64,000 nucleotides of DNA from Chiloscyllium plagiosum. Its lineage: Eukaryota. A program made the translations under genes and the position numbers. Under the pieces are notes generated by a model that had not been told where the DNA came from, made no database searches, and worked only from the letters and a program-made list of their open reading frames with translations. The DNA lies in NCBI RefSeq assembly GCF_004010195.1, contig NC_057719.1, forward strand, positions 19,415,562 through 19,479,561, given 5' to 3'. Shown in pieces: positions 25,236 to 37,554 of the stretch (positions are counted from its first letter, which is position 1; each line of letters begins with the position of its first letter).

Positions 25236-27089
25236 GGTTGAATAAAAAATGCAAATATATCCCACTTTTCATTGAGAGAATTTTTGTTATTTGCACCTAT
25301 TGTGAAGCTACTCACTGGGTTGAACAGAATGAACAGAAACCCTAATCTAGTCACTAATCATTGCATTCCATGTTATTACTGAAACACTATAACTGCAAAT
25401 CCTAACAAAATAAAACTCTTCCCCATCCTGTCTTCAAGGATTTATTTTACTTATTTTGTTGATTTGCATCAAATCGCAGCAAGATAGACTTAAAAGAGGA
25501 ATATGAAATACAACACTCTGTATTGTTCATGCAGAATAATGCAGGGTCTAGAATGAATTACAAAGCAGTTATTCAATCAAGCCATACGAATGTTACTTGA
25601 GAGGTTTATGAACATCAGCAGAATCCCCACTATTGAATTACTGCTTTTGAGTCACAACTTACTAGTTTATATATAAAAAAACAATTGGTGTGAACTCTTC
25701 TCCCTGTTGTGCTTTGGGCTCCTGGCATGTTAGAGAGAGTAATAATAATGATATTGGCATCAGCAGGACCTACGTATATATTGCTCAGTATAATGAGCTT
25801 TACAGGATTACAAATATGTGCTCTCTCAATTGCTATATGACTGATATTGTATACATTCAACTGAAACTTGCCTCCTATTATGTCAATTGCAACTTCAGTT
25901 AAGCAAATGAATACTGTTATAAAGTAATTCACTCATCTCGCAGATTTTTATTTTTCGGTGTCGGTGACATGCTGCCGTTTCTCTTCAAACAATTAGGGGC
26001 CCTTCCTTGAACGAGTGTTGTTTGCTGAAATCAATCCATGAGGTGGTGAGGATAGTTTTGCAGACTGTATCCTGCTGTGCAGCGCAGTGCAGTAACCGGG
26101 ATTGTCACGTCGATCCTGGCTGCATTTGTGGCATGGAGGGAAGCTAATTGGATTTGTTGTCACCTCTGAAGCTGCCAGGAGCACATGTCTAGTTGGGTTA
26201 CAGATGAAGACATCACCGATACAGGCTTGGGGACGTTTCAGCTGCTCCCAGTGCTGCTAATGGAGTGGTGTTGATTTACTGTTTGAACGAAAGCAGCACA
26301 AGCAAGCTGTTCACAGGTTCTATTCCAAATAAGAGAAAAAAAAAGATTATGCGATACAGTGACTTACTGCAGCGTTGATGCTGTGCAGTGTCAGAAATCC
26401 CCCTCTTACAGTAGATCTCTGCAAATTCATAGTTGATTCCGTTTCATATGATGTGACTATGAAGAGAAAATTTGATACTCCACTGCAGTGATGTGTATTG
26501 GGTTGGTTCTGGAGAGTGTTATTTCGTTAAAATAGCAAAGTTTCAGCTTGGCTGGAATTTCAGAGATTGTATTCTTTAAGTTGGAATGGTTATCTCTAAT
26601 TGGGCTACATTGCACAATCTCTATCTGTTGTAATTCACAATATTACCTTAGCTTTAATTTCTTTTGTTTAGATCCAAATGTAAATATAAAAAAACAATGC
26701 ATTACGAAAACAAAGATGATAGTATTTTTTAAATCACACCTCTTGCTCTCTTCGAATACTGTTTTAATGTGTTCAAGCTGTTTTAAGTATGACAAAGTGT
26801 GTATTCATGTGCTAATTTGTACAGTATTTGTTGACTTTTTGTCTGTGCTCTTCAACACAGCTTAAATTCTCAGGGTTTGCGATATTTAAGTACTTTGGAT
26901 GGATGCCAGTGTACTTTGCATTGGGTGTGGTTACCCATTCTGGCTGGGTAGCAGTGATGGTGCATGGAATGTGGGTCTGTGGTGTTGTCCCAGTCGTGAA
27001 GCATTGTTTTAAAAAAAAACTTAGGTTTTTGTAGGACTCTGGCCTTTCAAAACTGAAATCACTTAATGATCTATAGCAGTAGTGGCATT

Positions 27090-27760
27090 GAAGATACATT
27101 AACCTTACTTAGCATTGAAACCCCATATCTCTCCAACTTCAAGACTGTCTACTTTCGCCTTCATGACATTGTTAATCTCTCTGCACCTGCCGCTGCTCCT
27201 TTTCAGCTGCAGAAATTTTCATCTGAATCTTTGTTAACTCTAAATTTGACTAATCCAAACCTTTGTTGACAAGACTCCCAGGTTCCACCTTGCATAAATT
27301 TGAGGCTTCCATAACTCTGCTGACCACATCCTTGCTTGCACCAAATTCCTTTCAATTGTCGATTCTGTGATTTACACAACCTCCTAGTCTGGAATTGTCT
27401 TAAGTTTACATTTTCATTATTGCTTTTAAATCCTTCCATTGCCTTCTTCCTGCTCATCTATATATCCTTACTTGGCCCTATAGTCTTCTGTGACCTTGGT
27501 GTTCCTGAGTTCCCTTGCTTCTTTTTTGGTGAACTGATCTTCAGCTGCTAAGTTTTAAACTTGCAAATTTCTTCCCAAACATCTATGGTTTTGCATTGTG
27601 ACCTTCTTCCTTGTAGCCACCTAACCCTAACCCTAACCTCTGTAACAAAGCTTTTGATTGCCCATCCCAATCTCATGCTGTTTTGTGGCACTTTGTCTGA
27701 TATTTCTTCAGGACCTTTTACTTGCACAAAAACATTATATGAATGTAAATTGGTGTTAGC
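27090..27760 (+). mobile_element. L2 LINE 3' fragment
   Basis: KTVYFRLHDIV...AAEIFI*IFVNSKFD (degenerate AYFHLRNI...AETLIHAFVTSRLDY); L2-like tail. Confidence 0.7.
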
Positions 27761-27859
27761 CCTGCAAGGGGCGCAGAATATCCAGACTAGGGTCGGCTGG
27801 AACTCAGTTGATAACACTCTCATTTTTAAGTTTTGCAGTTATGCACTTGAGAGATTTGG

Positions 27860-28030
27860 AACAGAAGATCCAGCTGATATTTCAGTGTAGCACTGACAGA
27901 GCACCATAAAGTCATAGCCGCCATCTTGAGATGGTGTTTAGGTCAAGCATTGTCTCTGCTGTCAAGTGGATGTAAAACATCTTTGGATACAATTTTAAAA
28001 AAGCAGCAGGGAAGTGTAGAAGTTTCCCAT
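27860..28030 (+). mobile_element. Deu-domain SINE fragment
   Basis: ccagctgatatttcagtgtagcactgacagagc...gtggatgtaaaacatc. Confidence 0.5.
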
Positions 28031-29109
28031 ATTTTATAAAACTCACCATTTATCGATTTTTAGGTGTAAAGTACAAGAGGACAAATTGACTCATTCAAAA
28101 TGTTATGTTTAATGGAATTAATTTTTGTTACCATGGCCACAATATTCAAATGGTTACAGGAGGTCAGTTAAAAAGGTCTCCCTGGTATTTTGGCCAATGA
28201 TTAATCCCGTAACTATTGTAACTAAAATGGGTAAACTTTTTATTATTACATTGCTGTCTATGGGATATTTTTGTGGGATACAGTGCCAGCGTGATAATGG
28301 CCAAAGAACTTTCTCATGGAAAGAGCCATTGGTTTCAGGAGAGAGTAGGAGAATTGCGTCTGACATTTTGAAAAATATAGGAATTGTAAATAAATAAACA
28401 AAGGCTCATTGATTACTATAACAGTATTTTGCACTTTTTCTCAACTGAAATTATTGCACAAGTAAAGCTGAATGTTAATCTTGAAAGCAGAACTATTTAA
28501 GACAATTATTATACCGATATAGTTCAACACAATTACAAGGTACCTCAGAAACGTTCACTACTTTCTAACACTGGCTCATTACAACAATGAATATTTCATA
28601 TAATTACTAACTTAATAACGTTATTCTAAAACCTGGAATATTTGAAGACTAAATGAAACAACATCAACAGAGAAATTAATTGCAGAAATTAAGAATATGT
28701 CACAGTTGGAACAGTGCGTTATTAATGGAAATCCTCTTAGTTGAGGAATTGAATTGTCACCTAACAGGAGGTCCACTGTTGTGTGGTATGACCTTAAAAG
28801 CTAGCATCTGTTGCTCATTTTAATTCACAGGAATTATGCACTCCTTTTGCATTTTACCTGAGGACAGGTAGCGTGTAGCATCTTTGATGAAAAGGTGTTG
28901 ATTTGTAAGTTAAAAATAAAGGTGAATAGTTCATAAAAGATAATTTTTCAGTTTTACCACAAGTTTTAGAAAATTATTTATTTACATAACCTGGGCTTTG
29001 CTAGCAAGACTAGTATACATTCCATTTTCATATACAAATTATTAGGTCACTACAAATTTGTTAAAAGTCAACAACATTTCTGGGATCAAGAATCTCAGAT
29101 GTATACTTA

Positions 29110-29495
29110 GAAAGTAAGAAGCAACTTAACTGAAACATGTAAGATCTGTCGTGTTCTTGAGAAGACAAATGTGGAGCACGTTACCTGTTATGGGAGAATC
29201 TAGAAATAGGGGTCATGGTTTAAAATTCAGAGATCATCCATTTAAAGCTGAGATGAGGCAATTTTTTTTCTGAGTGTTGTGCATGTTTGGAATTCATTTC
29301 CAAAAAAGATCGAAGCAGCATCCTTAAATTTTTTTAAGGCAGAGGTATGTTGATTCTTTGTTAAACAAGGGGAAGAAACATTACCAGGGTAGATGGGAAT
29401 GTAGCCTTCAAAAGTCACAATCAGGTCTGCTATGATTTTATTAAATAGTGGATCAGGTTCGAGTGGATTGAATAGTCTAATCCCGTTCCTTGTTT
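29110..29495 (+). mobile_element. CR1 3' end nested in an older SINE (~28985-29720, minus)
   Basis: ESRNRGHGLKF...FFSECC; 3' UTR; flanks resemble the 33750-34125 SINE. Confidence 0.75.
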
Positions 29496-30459
29496 GTGTG
29501 TTGCTATGGACGAGACAGGACACGGGCAGCAGGCTTCCTTCCCAAGAGTGTATTAGTGAACCAGATTCACTTTTTTATATAAGTCCTGTAGTCTCATTGT
29601 CTGATATTTCTTTTTTACTATTACAGATGTATTTAATTAATAAAATTTAAATTTCCCAGGATTCATGGTGTGGCTTGAACTCACTGCAGGTTCTTGGATT
29701 ACTAGGCAAAGGGCACAACCACTTTGCTATGGTCCCTCTTTCTCAAGTTTTACAGGAGAGGAGATGATGGCCAGGAACTGGAATTCATTTGTTTTGCCCG
29801 AATGAATACATTCAAGCCCACTTTCAGGATCCAAGATCCTGTGTCCTCAGGGTTCTTTAAAAAAGTAAATATTTTAAGCATGGCACCTACAACTGGCTTT
29901 TGGCCCTTTGCTGATGCTCATAAAGGATCACATCAGACTTAGCTGAATGAAGTAAACATCCAATTTATTCTGGATTAGATTGTCTGAACATGGATACAAA
30001 CCAGCCAGTGGCTGTCATTGAAAATGCATAGCTAGTTAATTTATTTAATAAATTTATGAGTAGCAAGGAGGAGGCAGAAGTGCTACCAAATAATAATAAA
30101 AGCGATTGAATGCCATGCAAATCTCAATATGGTTCAATACTGTAACAATGCTATTGAAACATATGGAGAGAACTATGATGTTTTGATTTTGCACTGACTA
30201 GAACTAGGGGCAATTGATGATAAGCACAACTTTATGCAAAAACAGGATGTGGTATATAGAATTTTTGATCGATTTTGGATGATTGTAAGTTGAGATATTG
30301 TTCAATTAAGTATTGGAGAAATTAAGGAAATTTCCTTCTCCTGTGGCATTGACTATAGCAGCAGTATTAATAGTGAAGTGTGATAGCAATGGATATTGCT
30401 GTGGTGGTAGAAGTAAACAGTCTCAGTAATGGACATGATTGATTGAACGATTGATTGCT

Positions 30460-30775
30460 TGATTTATTGCTATCACATGTACCATGATACAGTGAAAAGT
30501 GGTGTTTTTGCATACTATACAGGCAGAACATACCATACAAAGTACATCAGGGTAGCAGAACAGAATGCAAAATGTAATTTTACAGCTGCAGAGAGGGTGC
30601 AGAGAGAGAGAGAGATCAGAAATAATATTTGAGAGGCCTGTTGAAAAGTCTGATAATAGTGGGGAAGAAGTTGCCCTTGAATCTATTCATACATGTATTC
30701 AAACATTTTTATCTTCAGTCTGATGGAAGAGGTTGGAAGGAAGTATAACTGGGGTGGGAGGAGTCTTTGATTATG
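30460..30775 (-). mobile_element. Rex1/Babar LINE 3' end
   Basis: Minus strand: PHPSYTSFQPLPSD*R*K (PLPSGRRY motif), followed by a ...ggtacatgtgatagcaataaa tail. Confidence 0.7.
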
Positions 30776-31792
30776 GAGTTTCATACTTGCTACATGGCCG
30801 TAAAGGAGATTATCCATTGTCTGACTGAACTGGAGCAAGGGATCAGAGAATGGGAAGGAAGAGTCTTTAAGTTTTGTAAAAATTCAAATGAAACTGTTTT
30901 GGTCTTCTCAATTTTTGAGGGGAGGGATTTCTTAGATACTCAAAGCTTGATGATGCCCAGGCATTTTTACCAGCTGATAAAGATTCTACTTTCCTTGAAG
31001 TTCATCTTAGTACTTCTTGGAAGTGTGTTGCGACAGTTTCTTGCACATGAAGTACTATGTAACATGAGTTGCTATTTCCACTTGCCTTCCCACTTTACTG
31101 CCTCCCTGAGAATAAGAATGTCGAAGGTCAACTGTCCTGGAGTTGGCTATGTCTTTGAGCTGAAGTGAAATGCAGTATCCTAATTTTATACATATTCATC
31201 ATTCACCCATAATCAACAATTTTCTTCATTATTGAACACTGTTGTGAGCTAGTCTGTAGTATGAGTTGGCCACATTTCAGTCAATAATTAATTTCCCTAT
31301 TGCATAACGCATTCTATATTATTAAGTTTGTAGATGCAATGTATGCTGAAGGAAAAAAACGCATATCTATAAAAGATCTTTATCTATAAAAGTTATTTTG
31401 AAGGACTTTTGGTATCGTTTTGTAGACTTATGATAACTATTTAATTTGCAGTAAGACCTGAAAAATAATAGTTAAGTAAATTAACACCTAATTTATGAGT
31501 AATTATTAGTTTAGGGGTCATAAATTTTCAGATGTAAAATACAAAATATAGTCATCAGATTGTCAAACAAAGTCTGAGAGGGCAAGCATATGAAAGGATT
31601 TGGGCAGTTTTCCACCGTTGGATTAAGTTAGTCCCTGACTCCAATATCATCAGAATCAAAAAGCAACTCATAAAATAAAATGTTACTATGTGCATTTATT
31701 AGACACTTTGTTCCCTTAAACGACCTTGGGCATGCCTCATGCTCTCTCCATAAGGCTGTTCAGGTACAGTCTAATTGCAATGCTCGCCATTT

Positions 31793-33345
31793 ATAGAACA
31801 TAGAGCAGTACAGTACAGGAACAGGCTTTTTGGCCCACCATTTCTAGGCTAACCATGATGCCAATCTAAACTACTCCCACCTGCCTGCAGACGGTCCATA
31901 TCACTCTAATCTAAATGCGTCTTAAGCATTGCTATTATATCTGCTTCTACCAAAAGTAAACTGAGGGAACAGTTCGCTGAGCATCTCGGCCGGGGCTGCA
32001 GGGGCCAACTGGACCTCCCAGTCACTGTCCATTTTAATTTCCTTTCTCACTTCCTTTCTGACATGATCATCCTTGGCCTCCTCCATTGCCACAATGAACC
32101 AAACTGCAAGTTGGAGGAATAATACCTCATCTTCCACCTGGGCAGCCTACAGCCTGGAGAACTCAATATTAAGTTCTGCAATTTCAAATAACCTCCGTTC
32201 TCATCCCCCGAATCCCTTCCCAGCCACCTATCTCTCCCTTCCACTCCTCCCAGCCACCTACCAGATTCATTTCTCGGATTGACCAACCAGGTTGTACCCT
32301 CTGCCTGTCTTCACTTATCCCCACTTCACCACCCTGCCCTTCCCACCCCCTTTATCTGCAGCTCCCCTTACACCCATCCCCAGTCATGATGAAGGCTCAA
32401 AGTCGAAACATTGAGTTCTCCATCTCCTGATGCTGCCTGGCTTGCTGTGTTCTTCCAGCCTCCTGTTTGTCTGCCCTGAAAGCATATCCCAGGCACCCTA
32501 CACCCTCTGTGTGAAAAAACTTTCCTTGCATTTCGCCCTTAAACTTTCCCTCTCTCACCTTAAACCTATGGCCCCTAATGTTTGACATTTCCACCCTGGG
32601 GAAAAAAACTTTGACTATCCACTCTATCCATGCCTCTTATATTTTTACATACTTTTGACAATTTGCCTGTCAGCCTCCATTGCCCTAGCGAACATAATCC
32701 AAGTTTGTCCAACCTCTCCTTGTTGCTAATACACTCCAAATCAGGCAACAGCCTGATAAACTTCTTTTGCACCCTCTCTAAAGCCTCTACATCTTTCATA
32801 TAATGTGGTGACCCAGAACTGCACACAATGTTCCAAATATAGCCTAACTAAAGTTTTATACAGCTGCAACATGACTTACCAACTTTTATACTCAATGCCC
32901 CGACTGATGAAGGCAAACAACTTCTTTACCACCTTATCCACTTGCGTTGCCACTTTTGGGGAGCTATGGACTTTCAGCCGAAGATCCCTTTGCTTTTCAT
33001 TCCTCTTAGGGTCCTGCCATTTACTGTATACTTTCATCTTGCATTTGACCTCACACATTTCTGGATTGAACTCCATCTGCCAAACTATCAAACTAATCTT
33101 ACTATATTCTTTGACAACCTTCCTCATGATCAACAACTCCACTAAATTTCATGTAGCCTGCAAACATACTAAGCAGACCACCTATATTTTTATCCAAATG
33201 ATTTATATGTATTACAAACAACAGAAGTCCCATCACTGATCCTAATGGAACACCACTGGTCAAAGATCTCCAGTTGAACAATACCCCTTTGCAATTACCC
33301 CCTGTTTTCTGTAACCAAGCCAATTTTGTATCCAATTTACCAAGT
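31793..33345 (-). mobile_element. CR1 LINE RT and 3' UTR, interrupted by Penelope at 31945-32472
   Basis: SGVPLGSVMGLLLFVIHINHLD, WQMEFNPEMCEV, ALERVQKKFIR; tagaacatagag tail. Confidence 0.92.
31945..32472 (+). mobile_element. Penelope-like element 3' end (GIY-YIG C-terminus plus pLTR)
   Basis: TKSKLREQFAEHL...DLPVTVHFN..H..SDMIILGLLHC...KLEE*YLIFHLGSLQPGELNI; pLTR with degenerate hammerhead core catgatgaaggctcaaagtcgaaac. Confidence 0.88.
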
Positions 33346-33749
33346 CACTGCAGATATAGTCATTTGAATAGATTTCACCAGTATAATGGTTACATCTCAT
33401 TTTGTAATCTGATTCAGATAATCATGTCCTTTAGTATTGCAGCTCTTACCATCCTGCAGCCTAAATTGTGGAACTTTAGAATCATTCAACTCATTGTTCA
33501 ATTACATCGGTATCTGTTTGCAAAAGGAACTTATCCAGAATATCCTGCCATGAAAGTGCTTCTAATTTTCTCATTAAGATTACAAAAAAAAACTCAGTTC
33601 TCTTAACAGGTTCTCAAAAGGGAAAAAAACAGATTTCCTTAAAAATTTTTCCCTGCTCTCTCTCTCAACTTTTCCTGAAGGCATTGTTTCTTGTTGAATA
33701 TTGAACATCATTGCCTTGTAGCATTCATTTGTTTTTTCTTCTTTAATGG

Positions 33750-34125
33750 GATAAGGGAGTTGCTGGTGAGACAAGCATTTGTTGCCCAACCCCTAATTGT
33801 CCTCAAACCTTGTGGCTTGCCATGTTAATTTGAAAAGGCAGTTAGCGTCCACCACATCATTGCAGATCTGGAGTTACATGTAGTCCAGACCATGTAAGAA
33901 AGGAAGATTTCCTCCCCTAATGGACACTGGTGACCCCAGATTGATATTTTATGACCATTGACAATGATTTCCTGGCTACCATTAGGTCAACTCTTATTAA
34001 AAATTCCAGACTCAATAATTTAAATCAAATTTTTTAAAAATGGTAACATTTGAATCCATGTACCCTTGATCGCATGCCTGAGCTAGATTCCCAGCTCAGT
34101 GTCAAAGCTGCTACATCACTGCCTC
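33750..34125 (-). mobile_element. tRNA-derived SINE (same family as 63366-63690 and 53215-53560)
   Basis: Shared core ctggagttacatgtagtccagacc...ttcctcccctaa; tail shared with the LINE at 35620. Confidence 0.72.
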
Positions 34126-34433
34126 CCCTCTATCAGCCTACCATCTTATGACTCTCGCTGTCAGCATCAAGCACTCATAAGACATATTTTCGACAGCTAG
34201 AGTTAAAGTCCTGCCCAATAAAACCTCAAGCTATCACTGATTTGCCTCAGTGGTTATACCATTCACACATCAGTTTGTTTGAGTGGCATTGGAGTTAGCG
34301 ACAAAATTGGGCAGCATTAGTGCTAGGTACTAAAATGAAGTTGTTCAAACACATTTCAGATAAGACTCTGATTGAATGTGAAATCTGTAATTCTCAAAAG
34401 AATCATTTATGGATCATGTATGTATTTATGGAT

Positions 34434-34545
34434 CAGAATGGATTCTTTTGAACGTGGAGATAATCAAGTGACATGCTTTGTATTAGATGGTGTCAAGCTA
34501 TTTGAGTGTTGTTGGAACTGCACTCGTGGGGAGTACTCCATCATA
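34434..34545 (+). repeat. 112-bp exact local duplicate of 35924-35956 joined to 36284-36362
   Basis: Base-by-base identity once the HE1 insertion and one TSD copy are removed. Confidence 0.93.
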
Positions 34546-35619
34546 GATGAACCACTGTTTTAATCCCATTGCTTTCATCTGCCACCATCACAAAAAATGG
34601 CTTGTCAGAATTTGTGGGAAGAACAGCACGGTCTTTGATGAGATTCTAATAAAGTTACTTCTGATTCCAAGCTGAAAATCTTCAATTCCATATTAGATGT
34701 CACTCGCAGACTGGTCCTCTCCCTTGCTTTCAGCTCTAGAAAATCAAATCTCACATTTGCTATTATGGCAGTAACATAAAGATTGCTAATCAATCCACAT
34801 TGTTGCTCATGTTTGCAATGACTCAAGTCAAACATGTGGCAGCTGTTCAAATTGTGTTCCATCATGTGATTCTTGGGAATGAGGGTTCTGGTCTGCTCTC
34901 TCATATGATCTCAGTCGTGGTGTTGTGTACCAATAACACCGTATTTTGAGAACCACAAAGCACACTGCATGGGCTTCAAGCAAGTGGCATATCCGATTGT
35001 CTAAAGAAAATAGTTTCAGTCAGATGAGACTATGGTCAAACAGGGATGTCATCACACATAGTTATGGATTTCATCTGATCTTGGTCCAGGGGTTTGGCTA
35101 TGGTCAGCCCTGGAGGTTTGGGTAATAATTGTCAAAGGACTTATCAGAGGCAGACCATGCTGTGTTGGGGAAAGTAGGTAACTCAAGCTTGGGGATTGGA
35201 GCCGTTATGTTGATACACTGGAAGAGGGCAAACATTTATAAGGGTAGGATCTGGTAGAGCAAGATAAAGCATAGGGTACAGGAGGAGCTGGGGATTTTGC
35301 AAATCATCCCCATCCTGGTAACAGGAAGAATTGACTGAGATGAAAGTCTCTGGAAGAGCTGTTTGTGGCCTTTCAGGAGCAGGAAAGATGTTGAGGTGGC
35401 TCCAGTGAATGAATAGGGAGTACAGAGGGCAAGAACAGCTTGTAGTTTAGGAGAAATGAGTGAGTAAGAGCTATTATATGAAGATGGCACATGTAATTAT
35501 GAGATCGATGGTCTATTAGCCTTGGAGGAATGTGTGTGCAATGGCAGAGTAACAGTTAGTGTGAAGTTGCAGAGAAGTGATGGTGACACATACTTTTGCA
35601 GAGCTTTGTTTCAATTCAT

Positions 35620-37130
35620 TCATGAGACACTAGTTGCCCTGAGAAAGTGGTGATGAGCTGTCTTCTTGAACTGCTGCAGTTGACCCACAATGTCCATGGG
35701 GAAGGAATTCCAGGATTTTGACCCAGCAACAGTGAAGGAATGACAATATATTTTCAAAATCAGGATGGTGAGTGGCTTGGAGGGGACCTTGCTGTTTGTG
35801 GTATTCCCAGATCTTTGTTGACCTTGTTATTTTAGGTAGAAGTGGTTTTGTGTTTGGTGAATTTTGGTGAATTCCTGCAGTGTATCTTGTAGATAGCATA
35901 CAGTGTTGCTACTGAGCAGTAGACAGAATGGATTCTTTTGAACGTGGAGATAATCAGTGGGTGGCACGGTGGCACAGTGGTTAGCACTGCTGCCTCACAG
36001 CGCCAGAGACCCGGGTTCATTTCCCGCCTCAGGCGACTGACTGTGTGGAGTTTGCACATTCTCCCCGTGTCTGCGTGGGTTTCCTCCGGGTGCTCCGGTT
36101 TCCTCCCACAGTCCAAAGATGTGCAGGGTCAGGTGAATTGGCCATACTAAATTGCCCGTAGTGTTAGGTAAGGGGTAAATGTACGGGCATGGGTGGGTTA
36201 CGCTTCGGCGGGTCGGTGTGGACTTGTTGGGCCGAAGGGCCTGTTTCCACACTGTAATGTAATCTAATCTAATCTAATAATCAAGTGACATGCTTTGTAT
36301 TAGATGGTGTCAAGCTATTTGAGTGTTGTTGGAACTGCACTCGTGGGGAGTACTCCATCATACTTCTGACTTGTACCTTGTAGATAGTGGATAGGCTTTG
36401 GGGAGTCAGGAGATGAGATACTCACTGCAGTATTTCAAGCGTCTGGCCTTCTCTTGCACCCACTGTATTTATCTGGTGAGTCTAGTTAAGTTTTTGGTTA
36501 ACAGTAACCCCAAGGATGTTCACAGGTTGGGATTCCATGATGGTAACATTATTAAATGTCAAGGGACAGTGGCTAGATTGTTTCTTATTGGAGATGGCCA
36601 TTGTCTGGCATTTATGTGGCGCGAATGTAACTTGCTACTTGTCAGCCCAAGCTTAGGTATTCTACAGATCTGGTTGCATTTGAACGTGGACTGCTTCAGT
36701 ATCTAAGGAGTCATGAATACTCCTGAACATTGTGCAATCAGCAGCGAACATCCCAATGGAGGGAAGGTCATTGATGAAGCAGCTGAAGATGGTTGGGTCT
36801 CAAACATTACCCTCAGAAATTCCTGCAGAAATATACTGGAGCTGAGATAACTGACCTCCAGCAACCACAACTATCTTCCTATGTGCCATGTATGACCCCC
36901 AACCAGTGGAGAGTTTGTCTGTTGATTCACATTGATACCAGTTTTGCTGGGGCTGCTTGATGCCACACTTGGTCAAATGCAGCCTTGATGTCAAAGGCTT
37001 TCACTCTCACCTCTCCTCTAGAATTCAGCTCTTTTGTCAATGTTTGAACCAAGGCTATAATGAGGTCAGGAGTTGAGTGGTCTTGGTGGAACCCACACTG
37101 GGTTTTACTGAGCAGTGTAAAAGGCCATTG
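35620..37130 (-). mobile_element. CR1/L2-group LINE RT and 3' end, interrupted by an HE1 SINE
   Basis: QCGFHQDHSTPDLIIALVQ...VKAFDIKAAFDQVWHQ RT motifs. Confidence 0.88.
35957..36276 (+). mobile_element. Young HE1-type V-SINE
   Basis: Intact CpG-rich head and V-domain, (aatct)n tail, TSD ataatca (35950-35956, 36277-36283). Confidence 0.95.
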
Positions 37131-37189
37131 AGCTTTTTTACTATATTGCTGGGTGTTTCTTCTCACTGCACAGAAGCAGGTGACTATCT

Positions 37190-37320
37190 CATTCCAGACT
37201 GGCAGAATCTGCTGCCATGGGCGAATTTGATGGAAGGAAAGAGGACGGTCTTCCTCTTCATCAGGACCTCCAGGTCACTGTTGGTGAACCAGGTCAGCAA
37301 CTTGGCCCTTCCCCCTACAA
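37190..37320 (-). mobile_element. Possible degenerate Myb/SANT-like (Harbinger ORF) fragment
   Basis: RAKLLTWFTNSDLEVLMKRKTVLFP resembles the RFSDxxLEVLLxxVxxRRxVLF start of Myb_DNA-bind_5. Confidence 0.35.
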
Positions 37321-37554
37321 TCACAGTTGAAGAATAGATCTTGATTGGCAGACTTTGGCTTGTATGGTTTGAACTGGTGCACAGCTGTTTTTTTTCTGAC
37401 CACACAACTCAATGAGAAGGGTGGCGTGGAGCTTGATACATAACTAATGAGGAATGCAGTGGAAAACTGTATGAGAAATATCACCATGTCCTTCAGGAAA
37501 CTTTCCAAGATTGACACTAAGTCAAAGATTCAGCCCAGTGTTTTTAACTCAGTA

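Noticed and set aside
26828..27034. Hydrophobic ORF resembling a membrane-protein exon
   Set aside because: Explained by GT-rich composition; no family match or good donor site.
27620..27638. Telomeric (CCCTAA)3 tract (also 7338-7350)
   Set aside because: Only 2-3 units, one inside an L2 remnant; too short to call an interstitial telomere.
35957..36030. tRNA gene
   Set aside because: tRNA-derived SINE head continuing into a V-domain and LINE-like tail; same for the other SINE heads.
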